From Candidatus Latescibacterota bacterium (GTDB lineage Bacteria; Latescibacterota; UBA2968; GCA-2709665), in NCBI GenBank assembly GCA_965237675.1, contig OZ250150.1:1984001-2048000 (forward strand): a stretch of 64,000 bases of DNA, in the 5' to 3' direction. Of this stretch, positions 42,013 to 52,021 are shown one piece after another; positions within the stretch are counted from its first letter, which is position 1, and each line of letters begins with the position of its first letter. The notes under the pieces are model-generated. The model saw nothing but the letters and a program-made list of their open reading frames with translations, searched no databases and had not been told where the DNA came from. A program made the position numbers and the translations under genes.

Positions 42013-43779
42013 CTACCGAAAAGGCGCGGTTTCCGGCATCGTCAACACGCCGTGCGCTGGCATGAGACCGAGACGGCGCGCGATGTTGACAAAGGGTTGA
42101 ATCGCGCGCATTGCATGCGCGAGCGTGGATACGGCCGCGGGTTCACTGCCGCGGATGATGCCTTGTTCAAGCAGCAATTCCCATGTGGATTTGGGCCTGG
42201 GGTAGACTTGCAGCCGGAGTTCGGCGTCCGGCGGCAAATGCGCGGCTTCGCGCAGGAGTTGTAACGCCACGCGAAAACCACCCAGTTCATCCACCAGCCC
42301 CAACGCCATGGCGTCTTCTCCGGTCCAGATCCGTCCTCGCGCAATGTCGAGCACCCGTTCTTTCGGCAAGGAACGGCCCTCGGCGACCTTGTCCGTAAAA
42401 TCCTCGTAAACGCTGTCCAGCCATTCCTGCAACTCCGTCCATTCTTCCTGCGAGAAGTCTCTGTTGCCGGTCCACATCGCAGAATGGGCGCTTGTTTGGA
42501 CTTCATCCCAGGAAACTCCGGTCTTCTCCCACATTCCGGAGGTCAGCATCTTGCCGGCCAGGACACCGATGGAGCCGGTAATCGTTCCCGGCTGCGCCAC
42601 GATTTTGTCCGCGGCCATCGCCACGAAATAGCCGCCGGAGCCGGCCACGTCTCCCATGGACACCACCACCGGTTTGCCCGCTTCCCGCGCGCGCACGGTT
42701 TCGCGCCAGATGACATCCGAGGCCACGTAAGAGCCGCCTGGGCTGCTAACGCGGAAGAGGATCGCTTCGACCTCGTCGTTACGGACCGCGTTCCGAAAGG
42801 CTTTGGCGATCGTATCCGAACCCATCGTCGTCGTGCCAGAGGCGGGATCGAAATCGCTCTTGCCGCGGGTCACGTTGCCGATCCCGTAGATCAGCGCCAC
42901 AGTCTGACCCTCCTCCGCGGGTCTTTCGAGCCGCTTCAGGTATTTCCGTGCAGACAGATACTCTGCCTCGTCGTCCACGTACACTTTGACGCGCTCGTAT
43001 ACTTCGTCCCGGTACGCAATCCCGTCAATCAGCCCTGCCTCGAGCGCCTCCCTTGCGAGAAACGGGCCCTGGTCGAACAAGCTGCGGACCGTCTCCGGCG
43101 ACAGGTCGCGCCTTTCCGCGATTCCCCGCACCAGTTGATCGAATTGCGAATCCATCACCGTTCGCGTCGCTTCTTTGTGGGCTGGCGTGTACTGGCGTTC
43201 GGTGTAGAAATTCATCGCGTTCTTGTACTCATGGCGCTGGTCCCAACGGGGGACGACGCCCAGCTTTTCCAGCGTTCCGTTTATGAACGGGGTCTCGGCG
43301 ATCAGACCGGTCAGCCCCACCATGCCGGAAGGCTGCAGATAGATCTTGTCAAAGGCGGTTGCAAGATAGTAAGAGGCGTTGCCCGGACCGAACTCGCCGA
43401 ACGACTCCGAGTAGGCGAATGCAGGTTTTCCGCTCTCACGGAAAGCCTGCACGGCGTCTCGCAATTCCTGAAGCCGGGCAAGGCCCATACCGCTGTTGCC
43501 CACCCTGGCCAGGAGCGCCTCCACGCGCTCGTCCGCCGCGGCTCGATGCAAGGCTTCGACCATCTTCCGCACGGTGGTCCCATCCTGAAACAGAATCTGA
43601 GCAATCGGATTTACCGGCACGTACTCGGGCAGATTCCGTTCAAAGTTCACTGCCAGTACCGTATGGTCGGGCACCTCCTCCTCATCCATGTACGCCAGGG
43701 CGATCACCGCGAGAATGATGACGAGCAGGGTGGCAACGCCGCCAATAATGGCGAAGACCTTTACTATGATCCGCTTCAT
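42013..43779 (-). CDS. sppA: Signal peptide peptidase SppA, long form
   Basis: N-terminal TM; YYLATAFDKIYLQPSG, HEYKNA, RVSSPGGS, SMGDVAGSGGY, TITGSIGV, GRIWTG. Confidence 0.93.
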   Translation of the reverse strand: MKRIIVKVFAIIGGVATLLVIILAVIALAYMDEEEVPDHTVLAVNFERNLPEYVPVNPIAQILFQDGTTVRKMVEALHRAAADERVEALLARVGNSGMGLARLQELRDAVQAFRESGKPAFAYSESFGEFGPGNASYYLATAFDKIYLQPSGMVGLTGLIAETPFINGTLEKLGVVPRWDQRHEYKNAMNFYTERQYTPAHKEATRTVMDSQFDQLVRGIAERRDLSPETVRSLFDQGPFLAREALEAGLIDGIAYRDEVYERVKVYVDDEAEYLSARKYLKRLERPAEEGQTVALIYGIGNVTRGKSDFDPASGTTTMGSDTIAKAFRNAVRNDEVEAILFRVSSPGGSYVASDVIWRETVRAREAGKPVVVSMGDVAGSGGYFVAMAADKIVAQPGTITGSIGVLAGKMLTSGMWEKTGVSWDEVQTSAHSAMWTGNRDFSQEEWTELQEWLDSVYEDFTDKVAEGRSLPKERVLDIARGRIWTGEDAMALGLVDELGGFRVALQLLREAAHLPPDAELRLQVYPRPKSTWELLLEQGIIRGSEPAAVSTLAHAMRAIQPFVNIARRLGLMPAHGVLTMPETAPFR

Positions 43780-43973
43780 GGAAAACCTCCATCGGAAAGA
43801 CGATGGTGGAAACAACGGGATGGGGTTCAGGCGCATCCGTGATGTTTGCCTGGATCTCAAGGTGTCTGGAGATAGCAATTCTGTTCGAAAAGAAAAATTG
43901 GGAAATGCAGGAAAGTCCGAACGATCTGCCCGCGAAGCCTTCCAGGCTTTCGCGGGTTGCATAGACTTGAGGC

Positions 43974-44234
43974 CTAAGCGCCGCCGGACCGTTCAATTTC
44001 CCAGCCGGGGAAGACCAGGACAGCCGGATGGCACATTAATGAGCGCGCCAACACTTTGGCGCGCTCGACACCAAGCCGTATTCGGCCGTTTTCAATGGCC
44101 GAAATTGTGGGCTGGGGAATGCCGGTGCGTCTGGCCAGTTCATTCTGGCTGAGCTTCTGAAGCTCACGGATCGTGCGGACGGACTCGCCCACCGAAACTT
44201 CCACGCGCTTCAGTGACTGGCGATGGTTTCCCAT
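43974..44234 (-). CDS. XRE-family HTH antitoxin (HigA-like)
   Basis: LSQNELARRTGIPQPTISAIENG; lies directly downstream of a RelE-like toxin gene. Confidence 0.85.
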   Translation of the reverse strand: MGNHRQSLKRVEVSVGESVRTIRELQKLSQNELARRTGIPQPTISAIENGRIRLGVERAKVLARSLMCHPAVLVFPGWEIERSGGA

Positions 44235-44251
44235 ATCGTTTCCTCCCGTGG

Positions 44252-44512
44252 TCACTTGCCGCGTATCGCCCGTACGAGGATATGCTGGGCCCTTGTTCTG
44301 TACATGACTCGCCAGAGAAGGCCAAGCCGAGACGATCGGTGCCCCTTCTTCTTACCCCGCCGCGCTTCGTCCTGAAACCCCTCGATAAACCGCAAGCCCT
44401 CCGGACCGGAGATGGTTACGATGTCCTTCCACGTCTCGTAACGTTTGAGTATTTTCCGAGGAATGGATTCGACCTGCTTTCCCACCCGTCGATGTTCAAG
44501 AATGATCCACAT
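44252..44512 (-). CDS. RelE/HigB-like toxin, possibly degenerate
   Basis: YETWKDIV..SGPEGLR..GFQDE..GHRSSRL..WRVMY; toxin-before-antitoxin order. Confidence 0.7.
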   Translation of the reverse strand: MWIILEHRRVGKQVESIPRKILKRYETWKDIVTISGPEGLRFIEGFQDEARRGKKKGHRSSRLGLLWRVMYRTRAQHILVRAIRGK

Positions 44513-44922
44513 ATTATATAATATATAGCCTATAATTAATATGTCAATCGAAAACTGTCCAACCGAAGCGGTCGTGGCTGGCCGTCATCGAAGCGAACAC
44601 GTCGGAAGGCATCACACTTCGAAGCCGCATCCGATTGGCGAAAACGTCAAGAGCGGGTCTTTCCGGATGCGGCCGTTCATTGGGACGGGTCGTAAACGGA
44701 CAGGTTTGGCCCTTTTCTGTTGACAAAAGCGGATTGTACCGTGCATGTTTATTGTTGGTACGGATCGAGGGGCCGGAGGACATTCGATGGGGGAGGGATG
44801 AAGGCGGACGGAAGGGTCGGGGATGTGGGAGGCGTCGCCGGTCTCCGGGGACACGGGGGTAGGAAAGCCAGCCGCTGCTCCCGCGCGATTCAGCGAAGCC
44901 GGTTTTCAACGCCGAGGTTCGA

Positions 44923-45894
44923 ATGGGCGATATTCTCAGGGTAGAGCATCTCGAGGCCGAGCCGGGGCAGCGGCGGGATGGGTATTTGACAGTAGGAGAG
45001 ATGCAGGATAACTCTCCGGTGCGTCTTCCCGTTGTGCTCGTGAACGGGGCCCAGCCGGGGCGTACGCTGTATCTGCAGGCGACCAGCGACGGGGATGAAC
45101 TGAATGGTATCGGCGTGATCAGGCGGGTGGTGAAACGGCTGGATCCGGCGGTTCTGACGGGCCGGGTGATTGCAACCCTGATTGTGAACATCCATGCTTT
45201 TCACGCGGGCGCGTCTCTGAATCCCGTGGACGGAAAGAAGATGAACCGGTGCTTTCCGGGTCGGAAGGAGGGCACGTCGAGCGAGCGGGTGGCGTATCGA
45301 CTGTTCCATCGCGCCGTGAAACAGTCGGACTATTGCATCGATCTGCATCAGGGCGGCGTTCGACCCATGATCGACGAGGTCCGGGTACGGGTGGATCGGC
45401 GAAAACGCATCCACAGGGTGTGCATGGAGATGGCGCGCGTATTTGACATCGGATACATTCTGGACTGTCGGGGTCCGGACGGACAGTTGGCGCGCGCGGC
45501 GCCCGACGCGGGGATTCCCACCATAGATCCGGAGCTGGGAGGCTGCCACGGATGGGATGAAGGCAGCATACGGAAGGGCGTGGTGGGCGTGGAAAATATC
45601 TTGAAGCACTACGGGTTTATCGAGGGCCGGACGCAGACGCCACGGCGACAGACGGTGGTGGACGGCTTCCTGACCCTCCTGGCTGGCCGGGGCGGTTTCG
45701 TGGAGTATCGCGCCGCGCTGTACGAGCATCTGGAGAAGGGCGACCCCGTGGCGGACGTGACCGATCCTTTCGGCAGGGTGCTGGAAACGGTTTATGCACC
45801 GCAGGAGTCCATTTTCTGGGCGCGGACGTTGCGGCCCATGGTCGCCACCGGCGAGGCGGTGGCCATGCTCGGAAAGAATATACGGTACGTTTGA
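44923..45894 (+). CDS. Succinylglutamate desuccinylase/aspartoacylase family (M14-like) protein
   Basis: DGDELNG, MNRCFPG, IDLHQG, ELGG; first Zn-ligand position reads D rather than H. Confidence 0.85.
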   Translation: MGDILRVEHLEAEPGQRRDGYLTVGEMQDNSPVRLPVVLVNGAQPGRTLYLQATSDGDELNGIGVIRRVVKRLDPAVLTGRVIATLIVNIHAFHAGASLNPVDGKKMNRCFPGRKEGTSSERVAYRLFHRAVKQSDYCIDLHQGGVRPMIDEVRVRVDRRKRIHRVCMEMARVFDIGYILDCRGPDGQLARAAPDAGIPTIDPELGGCHGWDEGSIRKGVVGVENILKHYGFIEGRTQTPRRQTVVDGFLTLLAGRGGFVEYRAALYEHLEKGDPVADVTDPFGRVLETVYAPQESIFWARTLRPMVATGEAVAMLGKNIRYV

Positions 45895-45920
45895 GCGGCC
45901 GGCGCGTCATTGCCGGGAGA

Positions 45921-46184
45921 TTATTCCTGCATGGATCTGACCGCGTCGATGCGTTCGCGCACGAGGGGCCGGACGTAGACGTCGTCCAGGGGAAGCCGGG
46001 CGAAATCCCGTGCGAAGATCTCAACGTGGGTACGGACGTCCGGGCCTCGGTTCAGAATAAAACGGCGCTTGCCCCGCACCACGCACAGGCCGCCTTCGCC
46101 GCCATCTAGTTTTGCGTAGGTGACAGGGATGTCCAGGCGTTCGGCGAGAGCTTCGAATTCCTGCAGGAGTTGGGTGTCGGTCAT
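45921..46184 (-). CDS. Small conserved-looking hypothetical protein
   Basis: MTDTQLLQEFEALAERLDIPV...GGLCVVRG...LDDVYVRPLVRERI. Confidence 0.7.
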   Translation of the reverse strand: MTDTQLLQEFEALAERLDIPVTYAKLDGGEGGLCVVRGKRRFILNRGPDVRTHVEIFARDFARLPLDDVYVRPLVRERIDAVRSMQE

Positions 46185-46343
46185 AACGCGTCGGGTTCGA
46201 ATGTGAAGGAATGCCATAAAGCTGGGTCTCGCGGAATATAACCCATCAGGTGCTGATTTACAATGGTGCTTACGGAGCGTGGCCCGCTGCGCCGGACCGG
46301 CCACGGCTGAACCGGAAAGGATCCGTAACTGGACGTCGAGCGT

Positions 46344-47627
46344 ATGGCAAGCGACTACCGCGGCGTATGGTACCGCTGCGGAACCGTAAACGTGCTTCCC
46401 GGAAAAACCTTCGTCTACTCCGGCCCCATGGCGAGCTATTCGGCCTGGCATCGGCCGATGGCTGTGTATTCGCCAGAAGTCAACACCACCTATTTCGTGT
46501 TAGGAAACGAGGGGAACGCGCCCGCGATCGGCAGCTACGATCACGCCGCGCAAGGGTATTCCAGGCCGACTGTTCTCGGCGCCAATCCGGACGGAGACGC
46601 ACACAGGAATCCCACCCTGGCGCTGGACGACACGGGCTTCCTCTACGTGTTCTTCGGCGCACACAACGACCCCACCCGGGTTCTCCGTTCGGACCGGCCT
46701 CACGAAACTGACGCATGGCGGGAGTGCGCCGCGATCATCGATCCGAGGACCTCCTATCCCCAGCCGTTCCAACTCCTGCCCGACGAGATATTCGTGTCCT
46801 ACCGAGAGCAATCCTTCGGCTGGCGATCGCGCGTATCGAGGAATCAGGGCGAAACGTGGGAGGATCCGTTCGACATCGTAGCGTTCGAAGGCTGCGCGAT
46901 CTACGCCGTGTCGATCGCAGAAACCGGGGATTATCCACGCAAGATTCATCTGGCCTGGTCCCGGCTCGGCGGCGGAACCGACGAAGAGATCCGAACGAAG
47001 CACCTCTGGGCGAGGCGGTATAACATCTACTATGCGTGTTCCGACGATGGCGGAAAGACCTGGCAGCGCAGCGACGGGACACCCTACGACGTGCCGGTTA
47101 CGGAGGCGGACGCGGAGACGCTTTACGATTGCGGTGAGCGGGGGGTGTGGCTGAAGGATATCCAATTGGGTCCGGGCGGACGGCCCTTCATCCTGTTTAT
47201 CGACGCGGATCCGTTCACCTACATAAGCCATTGGAAGTGCGCGCGACTGTGCGAACAGGGGTGGCGGTTCAGCGATATCGCCGTCGGAGACCACATGTAC
47301 GACGACGGCGGCGTGGTGATCGAAAACGGATCGGTAACCGTCTATGCGCCGACCACGGCGTCTCAGCCGCGGGAGGACGGCGGGGAGATCGACGTCTGGC
47401 GGTCCGCCGACGGGGACGGGCCCTGGCAACGCGGGGAGCCGCTCACGACGGGATCGGATCTATCGCACAACAACGTGAAGGTCGTATTCAATCACCAGGC
47501 GGGGCCTGGAGACATGCAGGTATTCTGGAGCTACGGCGACAGCCTGTCCCCGCCCTCGACCAGGGAGTCGAGGCTGTTCGCCTACGGGAGTAGAATGGAC
47601 AAGCCGAGGATGATTCGGTCGGGTTGA
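46344..47627 (+). CDS. BNR/Asp-box repeat beta-propeller (BNR_4-like)
   Basis: DAHRNPTL, FFGAHN, SRNQGETW, SDDGGKTW. Confidence 0.75.
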   Translation: MASDYRGVWYRCGTVNVLPGKTFVYSGPMASYSAWHRPMAVYSPEVNTTYFVLGNEGNAPAIGSYDHAAQGYSRPTVLGANPDGDAHRNPTLALDDTGFLYVFFGAHNDPTRVLRSDRPHETDAWRECAAIIDPRTSYPQPFQLLPDEIFVSYREQSFGWRSRVSRNQGETWEDPFDIVAFEGCAIYAVSIAETGDYPRKIHLAWSRLGGGTDEEIRTKHLWARRYNIYYACSDDGGKTWQRSDGTPYDVPVTEADAETLYDCGERGVWLKDIQLGPGGRPFILFIDADPFTYISHWKCARLCEQGWRFSDIAVGDHMYDDGGVVIENGSVTVYAPTTASQPREDGGEIDVWRSADGDGPWQRGEPLTTGSDLSHNNVKVVFNHQAGPGDMQVFWSYGDSLSPPSTRESRLFAYGSRMDKPRMIRSG

Positions 47628-47888
47628 ACGGCAGTAATAAAACGATCGATCGTCCACAACTCTTGACAATTTCTCCGGGTTATTCTACGTTATCGAAGGA
47701 TAGACCGAGAATTTGCGTTCTGATTTTAGAGCGTACCAATTGCCCGATCTTGCGACTGTCCCTATTTTTGATCAAAGGTCAAACTGGTCAAGATCTGGCA
47801 AGGAATGAGTCCGACGTCCGATATAAGACACGGGAAAAACAGTCTGCTATTGCAAGCCGAATTTCAATGTACAATGTCAGTGTGAACG

Positions 47889-48125
47889 ATGCCTACCGTT
47901 TGTCGGGTTGGACCGTACCGGTTTTTCTTCTATTCGAGCGATCGTGATGAACCTTCTCACGTTCATGTCGAGAGCGAAAATAAAATAGCCAAGTTCTGGC
48001 TTCAGCCAGTTCGACTTCAAGGCAGCGGAGGGTTTGGTCGAGCTGAAATCAAGAGGATTCAGAAAGCGGTAACAGACAATAAGGAACTTTTGCTGCGAGG
48101 GTGGGATGGATTCTTTGCAGACTGA
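47889..48125 (+). CDS. DUF4160-like protein (putative toxin)
   Basis: MPTV..GPYRFFFYSSDRDEPSHVHV..AKFWL. Confidence 0.85.
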   Translation: MPTVCRVGPYRFFFYSSDRDEPSHVHVESENKIAKFWLQPVRLQGSGGFGRAEIKRIQKAVTDNKELLLRGWDGFFAD

Positions 48126-48420
48126 ACGCATAGTTGCCAAAGCCGAGGATATTGTTGTGACAGACGATACTCTGACTGTCGATTTCGCCGACGGGCGCAG
48201 TATATCGGTACCATTAGTGTGGTATCCCCGGCTTGTTCACGGAACGCCGAGAGAACGAAACAACTGGAGCATAATAGGAAACGGAGAAGGGTTTCATTGG
48301 CCGGATTTGGACGAGGATCTCAGTGTAGAAGGGCTGCTTCTTGGCAGGCCATCCGGTGAAAGTCAGCGATCCTTTCAGCGATGGTTGGACGAGCGTGCGA
48401 AACGTCTCGAACAATCGTGA
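48106..48420 (+). CDS. DUF2442-like protein (putative antitoxin)
   Basis: DGRSISVPLVWYPRL..GFHWPDLDEDLSVEGLL; overlaps the DUF4160 gene. Confidence 0.85.
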   Translation: MDSLQTERIVAKAEDIVVTDDTLTVDFADGRSISVPLVWYPRLVHGTPRERNNWSIIGNGEGFHWPDLDEDLSVEGLLLGRPSGESQRSFQRWLDERAKRLEQS

Positions 48421-48541
48421 GTTCTCACGAGGCAATTCGGCACCATTCCCCCGCACGGTCGGCCACGGGATAATGGAGTACATTTTTCTCACTTTTGATT
48501 CCTTTCCTCAGACAATGCCAACGCCCTTTCAGTCCTCCCGA

Positions 48542-49156
48542 ATGAAAAACCAGAGCCTTCCTCGCTGTTTCATCTTCGATTTATCGGAAGTTTTCATTGC
48601 AGGGCTCCCCGGGGTCGAAAAGTGTGTATCCCGGAGGCTATCTTTGCCCGAGGATGGCCTATTGGAATGTTTCGCGGGAGATCCGCTGATTCAGGTCCTG
48701 GAAGGACGAATTTCAGAGGATTCCTATCTGGGCGGGATTCTGGAGCGAACGGGATGGAACCTGGACCTCGCATCGCTCAAGAGAATCCTCAGGGATAACT
48801 TCCACGTCCGGATCGAGGGTTCTCTCGACATTCTGCGCGAGGTCGCCAGGACCCATCGTGTTGCCATGCTATCGGACCACGTTCGGGAGTGGGTCTGTTA
48901 CATCAGGTCGATTCATTCGTTTCTGGATGTATTCGACGAAATATTCTACTCCTGCGAATTGGGGAAGACCAAGTCTGATCCGACGGTTTTCATGGATGTA
49001 CTCGACGCCCTTGGCCTCGAACCACGGGAGTGTCTGTTTATCGACGATCGAATACAAAACGTGAGGAACGCGGAATCGGTCGGCATGCCGGCGATCCAAT
49101 TTCACAACGCCGACCGATTGAGGTCCGACCTTGAACGAAGACGGATTCTGATCTGA
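48542..49156 (+). CDS. HAD-family hydrolase
   Basis: FIFDLSEV motif I variant, MLSD, GKTKSDP, LFIDDRIQNV. Confidence 0.8.
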   Translation: MKNQSLPRCFIFDLSEVFIAGLPGVEKCVSRRLSLPEDGLLECFAGDPLIQVLEGRISEDSYLGGILERTGWNLDLASLKRILRDNFHVRIEGSLDILREVARTHRVAMLSDHVREWVCYIRSIHSFLDVFDEIFYSCELGKTKSDPTVFMDVLDALGLEPRECLFIDDRIQNVRNAESVGMPAIQFHNADRLRSDLERRRILI

Positions 49157-49198
49157 CACCGAACATTGGGGAAACGGCGAAAGAACTGTCTGATCTAG

Positions 49199-50886
49199 CC
49201 CGATTAATTCATGAATCGTCAGATAGAGCATTTTAAGGAAGCAGAAAGAGCTTCCGAGTGAGACAAGAAACGAAAGCGCATGGGCTGTGACGGATTTGGC
49301 GTGTTCAAGCCGTTTGGGCGGCGCCTGCTTTGCCTCGTGACGTCAGGTTGACCTCGATGCCCGTGTCAAGCGCACAGACTTCTCCATGACCTTTGGTGGT
49401 GGTCGATGCAAATGTGAAGGCGGGGTCAGCACGTCGATGGGTTATGGAACACCCGTTGCCAGATTATAGAGGATCTTGCCATAAAGGTGTTTGAGTGGAA
49501 ACGCCGTTGGCAGATGGAACTTGATTTTAGTTTTCAACTCACAAACGCGCCCGGCGACTTTCAAGAGACGATTTTGCAGGGTATTGAACTGTGCGTTGGT
49601 CCACTTCGTGCCGCGCAATCCGATTGCAGCCAGGCTGTGCATCAGGACATAGGCGGCGCTGTGGAGAAAGAGACGGAAGTGATTGGCCTGGAAGGTGTGA
49701 CAAGAGGTGCGATCGGAATGGAGAAAGGTCTTGTGATTTTTGATGAAGTTTTCCATCCTGCCGCGTGTGCAATAGGCGGTTTTGTAGATGAATGACGGTT
49801 GGGCGCGCTTCAGGTTGGTGACCACGAATCGGATATTGACACCTTGCGGTGTCACTTCCGCCTTGCAGACGATGCGTTGTGGACACGCCCAGGTGCCGGC
49901 CTGATAGGCCCAACAGCGATAAAGGCGCACGGTTTCTCCGGAATCGGCATACCGCGTTTTGGCCTGGTCTATCAAGGACTGTGCCTTCCGCAGGAGTTTG
50001 GCGTTGCCGTTCTGTCCGAGGACAAAATACACATCTTCTTCCTCACACAACACGTGCACTTCCGGACACGAAAAATGCGCATCGCCACGTAACAGGATCT
50101 CCACGTCGGGCCAGGCTTTACGCAGGTAGGCGATCACCCGTTTGAGGATGGTGACGATCTCTTTACCCGCAGGCCGCCTGCCAGGACGCAAGACCGTCGT
50201 GATCAACTTGCCGGTTTGGCCTTCATAGATATGCAGGGGCTGGTAGCAATAGCCATTGAAATACGCATTGAACAACGACAACTGTTGAGACCCATGCACC
50301 TTGTCTTCGGTGTCATCGATGTCCAACAGAATGGCTTCCGGCGGTTCCTCATACGAGGCGACAAACACATCCGCAAAGGCCTTGGCGATCCGATACAAAT
50401 CGGTTCTGCTGATGCGGTTCTCGAACCGACTCATCGTGGGCTGACTGGCCAGGTCCGCGCCAGACAACGGCAACCGATCACAGGCCGCCTTGAAGCCGGG
50501 GTCCTCGCGTAACGTCTTGCAATCATTCGCATCCTCATACCCACAGGCCATCTGAAAGACACGTTGTTTGATCAGGTCCATCATCGAATGATGTACGTAA
50601 CTTTGATGTCGATGATCGGTGAGCGCCGCAACCATCCGATGCAAAATGCCGACATTGGCCTCGACCTCACGAAGCAGCATCACCCCGACGTCGGTCGTCA
50701 GCACGCCCCCGTCGAACGTGGCTTCTACCTGCCTACCAGAAAGACTTGCGAAAGACAACCTGTGATGTTTATCTTGAACTCCCACGGTAGTTTCCTCCTG
50801 TTTCATTGTTATTAGGTTATTTGCGTAACCATAATATAATACAATGACTTGGGTATGGAAACTACCTTTTTTGTGAATTATTCAGG
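49199..50886 (-). mobile_element. IS1380-family insertion sequence, about 1.69 kb
   Basis: Ends CCCGATTAATTCATGA and CCTGAATAATTCACAA (reverse complement) match at 12 of 16; flanks CTAG / CTAA; encloses the transposase. Confidence 0.85.
49442..50806 (-). CDS. IS1380-family DDE transposase
   Basis: FDGGVLTTD, GYEDAND, LASQPTMSRFEN, LDIDDT, LRGDAHF, RGRMENFIK. Confidence 0.95.
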   Translation of the reverse strand: MKQEETTVGVQDKHHRLSFASLSGRQVEATFDGGVLTTDVGVMLLREVEANVGILHRMVAALTDHRHQSYVHHSMMDLIKQRVFQMACGYEDANDCKTLREDPGFKAACDRLPLSGADLASQPTMSRFENRISRTDLYRIAKAFADVFVASYEEPPEAILLDIDDTEDKVHGSQQLSLFNAYFNGYCYQPLHIYEGQTGKLITTVLRPGRRPAGKEIVTILKRVIAYLRKAWPDVEILLRGDAHFSCPEVHVLCEEEDVYFVLGQNGNAKLLRKAQSLIDQAKTRYADSGETVRLYRCWAYQAGTWACPQRIVCKAEVTPQGVNIRFVVTNLKRAQPSFIYKTAYCTRGRMENFIKNHKTFLHSDRTSCHTFQANHFRLFLHSAAYVLMHSLAAIGLRGTKWTNAQFNTLQNRLLKVAGRVCELKTKIKFHLPTAFPLKHLYGKILYNLATGVP

Positions 50887-50993
50887 CTAACATTGCAAAT
50901 TGGCTATTCCGGCCTGTCTGACCGGCAAGCCGGCTGCTTTCCCGGTTGCCTCCAGACCGGCGTAAGCCCAGTGCTTTCGTGAAAGAATGCACG

Positions 50994-51875
50994 ATGATCG
51001 AAATACTGCCCCATGAAACTGCGGATGATCTGATTTCAACTTCGGGTGCGTTCCTGGAATTGCACGAGAGTGAAAACAACCTGCCGATCGGCCTGATGTA
51101 CGGGCTTGCAAGGAATCCGAACGGCGCCGAACCCCCTCTATTGTTGAGTATCCTGGATACGGGTCGGGCGGTTGGGGTGGCTATCAGGACGCAGGGAAGA
51201 AAACTCATCCTGAGCAGGATGGATACGAGAATCGAAGAGGCTATCGTCCGTCTCGTCCGCTACTTACGTGAGAATGAGTTTTCAATACCCGGTGTTGTAG
51301 GGCCGATGGCTGAAGCCCGTGCATTTTCTGATTATTGGGCCGAAGCCGTACCTGGCGTCTCTTCCAGGTTGGCCATGCGGATGCGTGTATTCGAGATCAG
51401 AGAGGTCGCCGACGTGCCTCTTACCGACGGGGAATTGCGCCTGGCCGGCTTGGATGATCATGTCCTCATGGCGCAATGGATTGCCGATTTTTCGGAGGCG
51501 ATCGGTGAGCCGGCAGATTTCGAGGCGGCCGTTCGCGGCTCCGAGCGGTATATTCAGGCAGAACAACTGTACATCTGGGATTTCGGGGGGCCGGTTTCCA
51601 TTGCCAAGACCTCTCGTGCGACGAGAAATGGCATAACGGTCAATACGGTGTACACGCCCACGGAGTATCGAAATAAGGGATACGCGACTTCGTGCGTCTG
51701 GTCGCTGACGAAGAAGCTTCTTACCGATCGCTATTCATTTTGCAGTTTATATACCGATCTGTCGAATCCGACATCCAACAGCATTTATTCCAAAATCGGC
51801 TATTCGCCTGTGGGGGATGCGTTGGCATTTGGTTTTGTCTCTCCCGATCCGAAGGTGCCGGACGTTTTGACTTGA
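50994..51875 (+). CDS. GNAT acetyltransferase
   Basis: VYTPTEYRNKGYA, LYTDLSNPTSNSIYSKIGY. Confidence 0.9.
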   Translation: MIEILPHETADDLISTSGAFLELHESENNLPIGLMYGLARNPNGAEPPLLLSILDTGRAVGVAIRTQGRKLILSRMDTRIEEAIVRLVRYLRENEFSIPGVVGPMAEARAFSDYWAEAVPGVSSRLAMRMRVFEIREVADVPLTDGELRLAGLDDHVLMAQWIADFSEAIGEPADFEAAVRGSERYIQAEQLYIWDFGGPVSIAKTSRATRNGITVNTVYTPTEYRNKGYATSCVWSLTKKLLTDRYSFCSLYTDLSNPTSNSIYSKIGYSPVGDALAFGFVSPDPKVPDVLT

Positions 51876-52021
51876 GGCGTTGATGCCGCGCGTACACGCC
51901 GGGTGAGGGACGGAGTATGGACACTTCTCACGAGAATGGAGTCTCGTTCCGGTGACGGTCGTCAAGGGCGGCAGGGTCTATACGTCCCGTCGCACAAGTG
52001 GAAATGCCGTGATATTGGGGG

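Noticed and set aside
44785-44862. G-rich tract as a G-quadruplex regulator
   Set aside because: Irregular G runs in a GC-rich genome with no independent support
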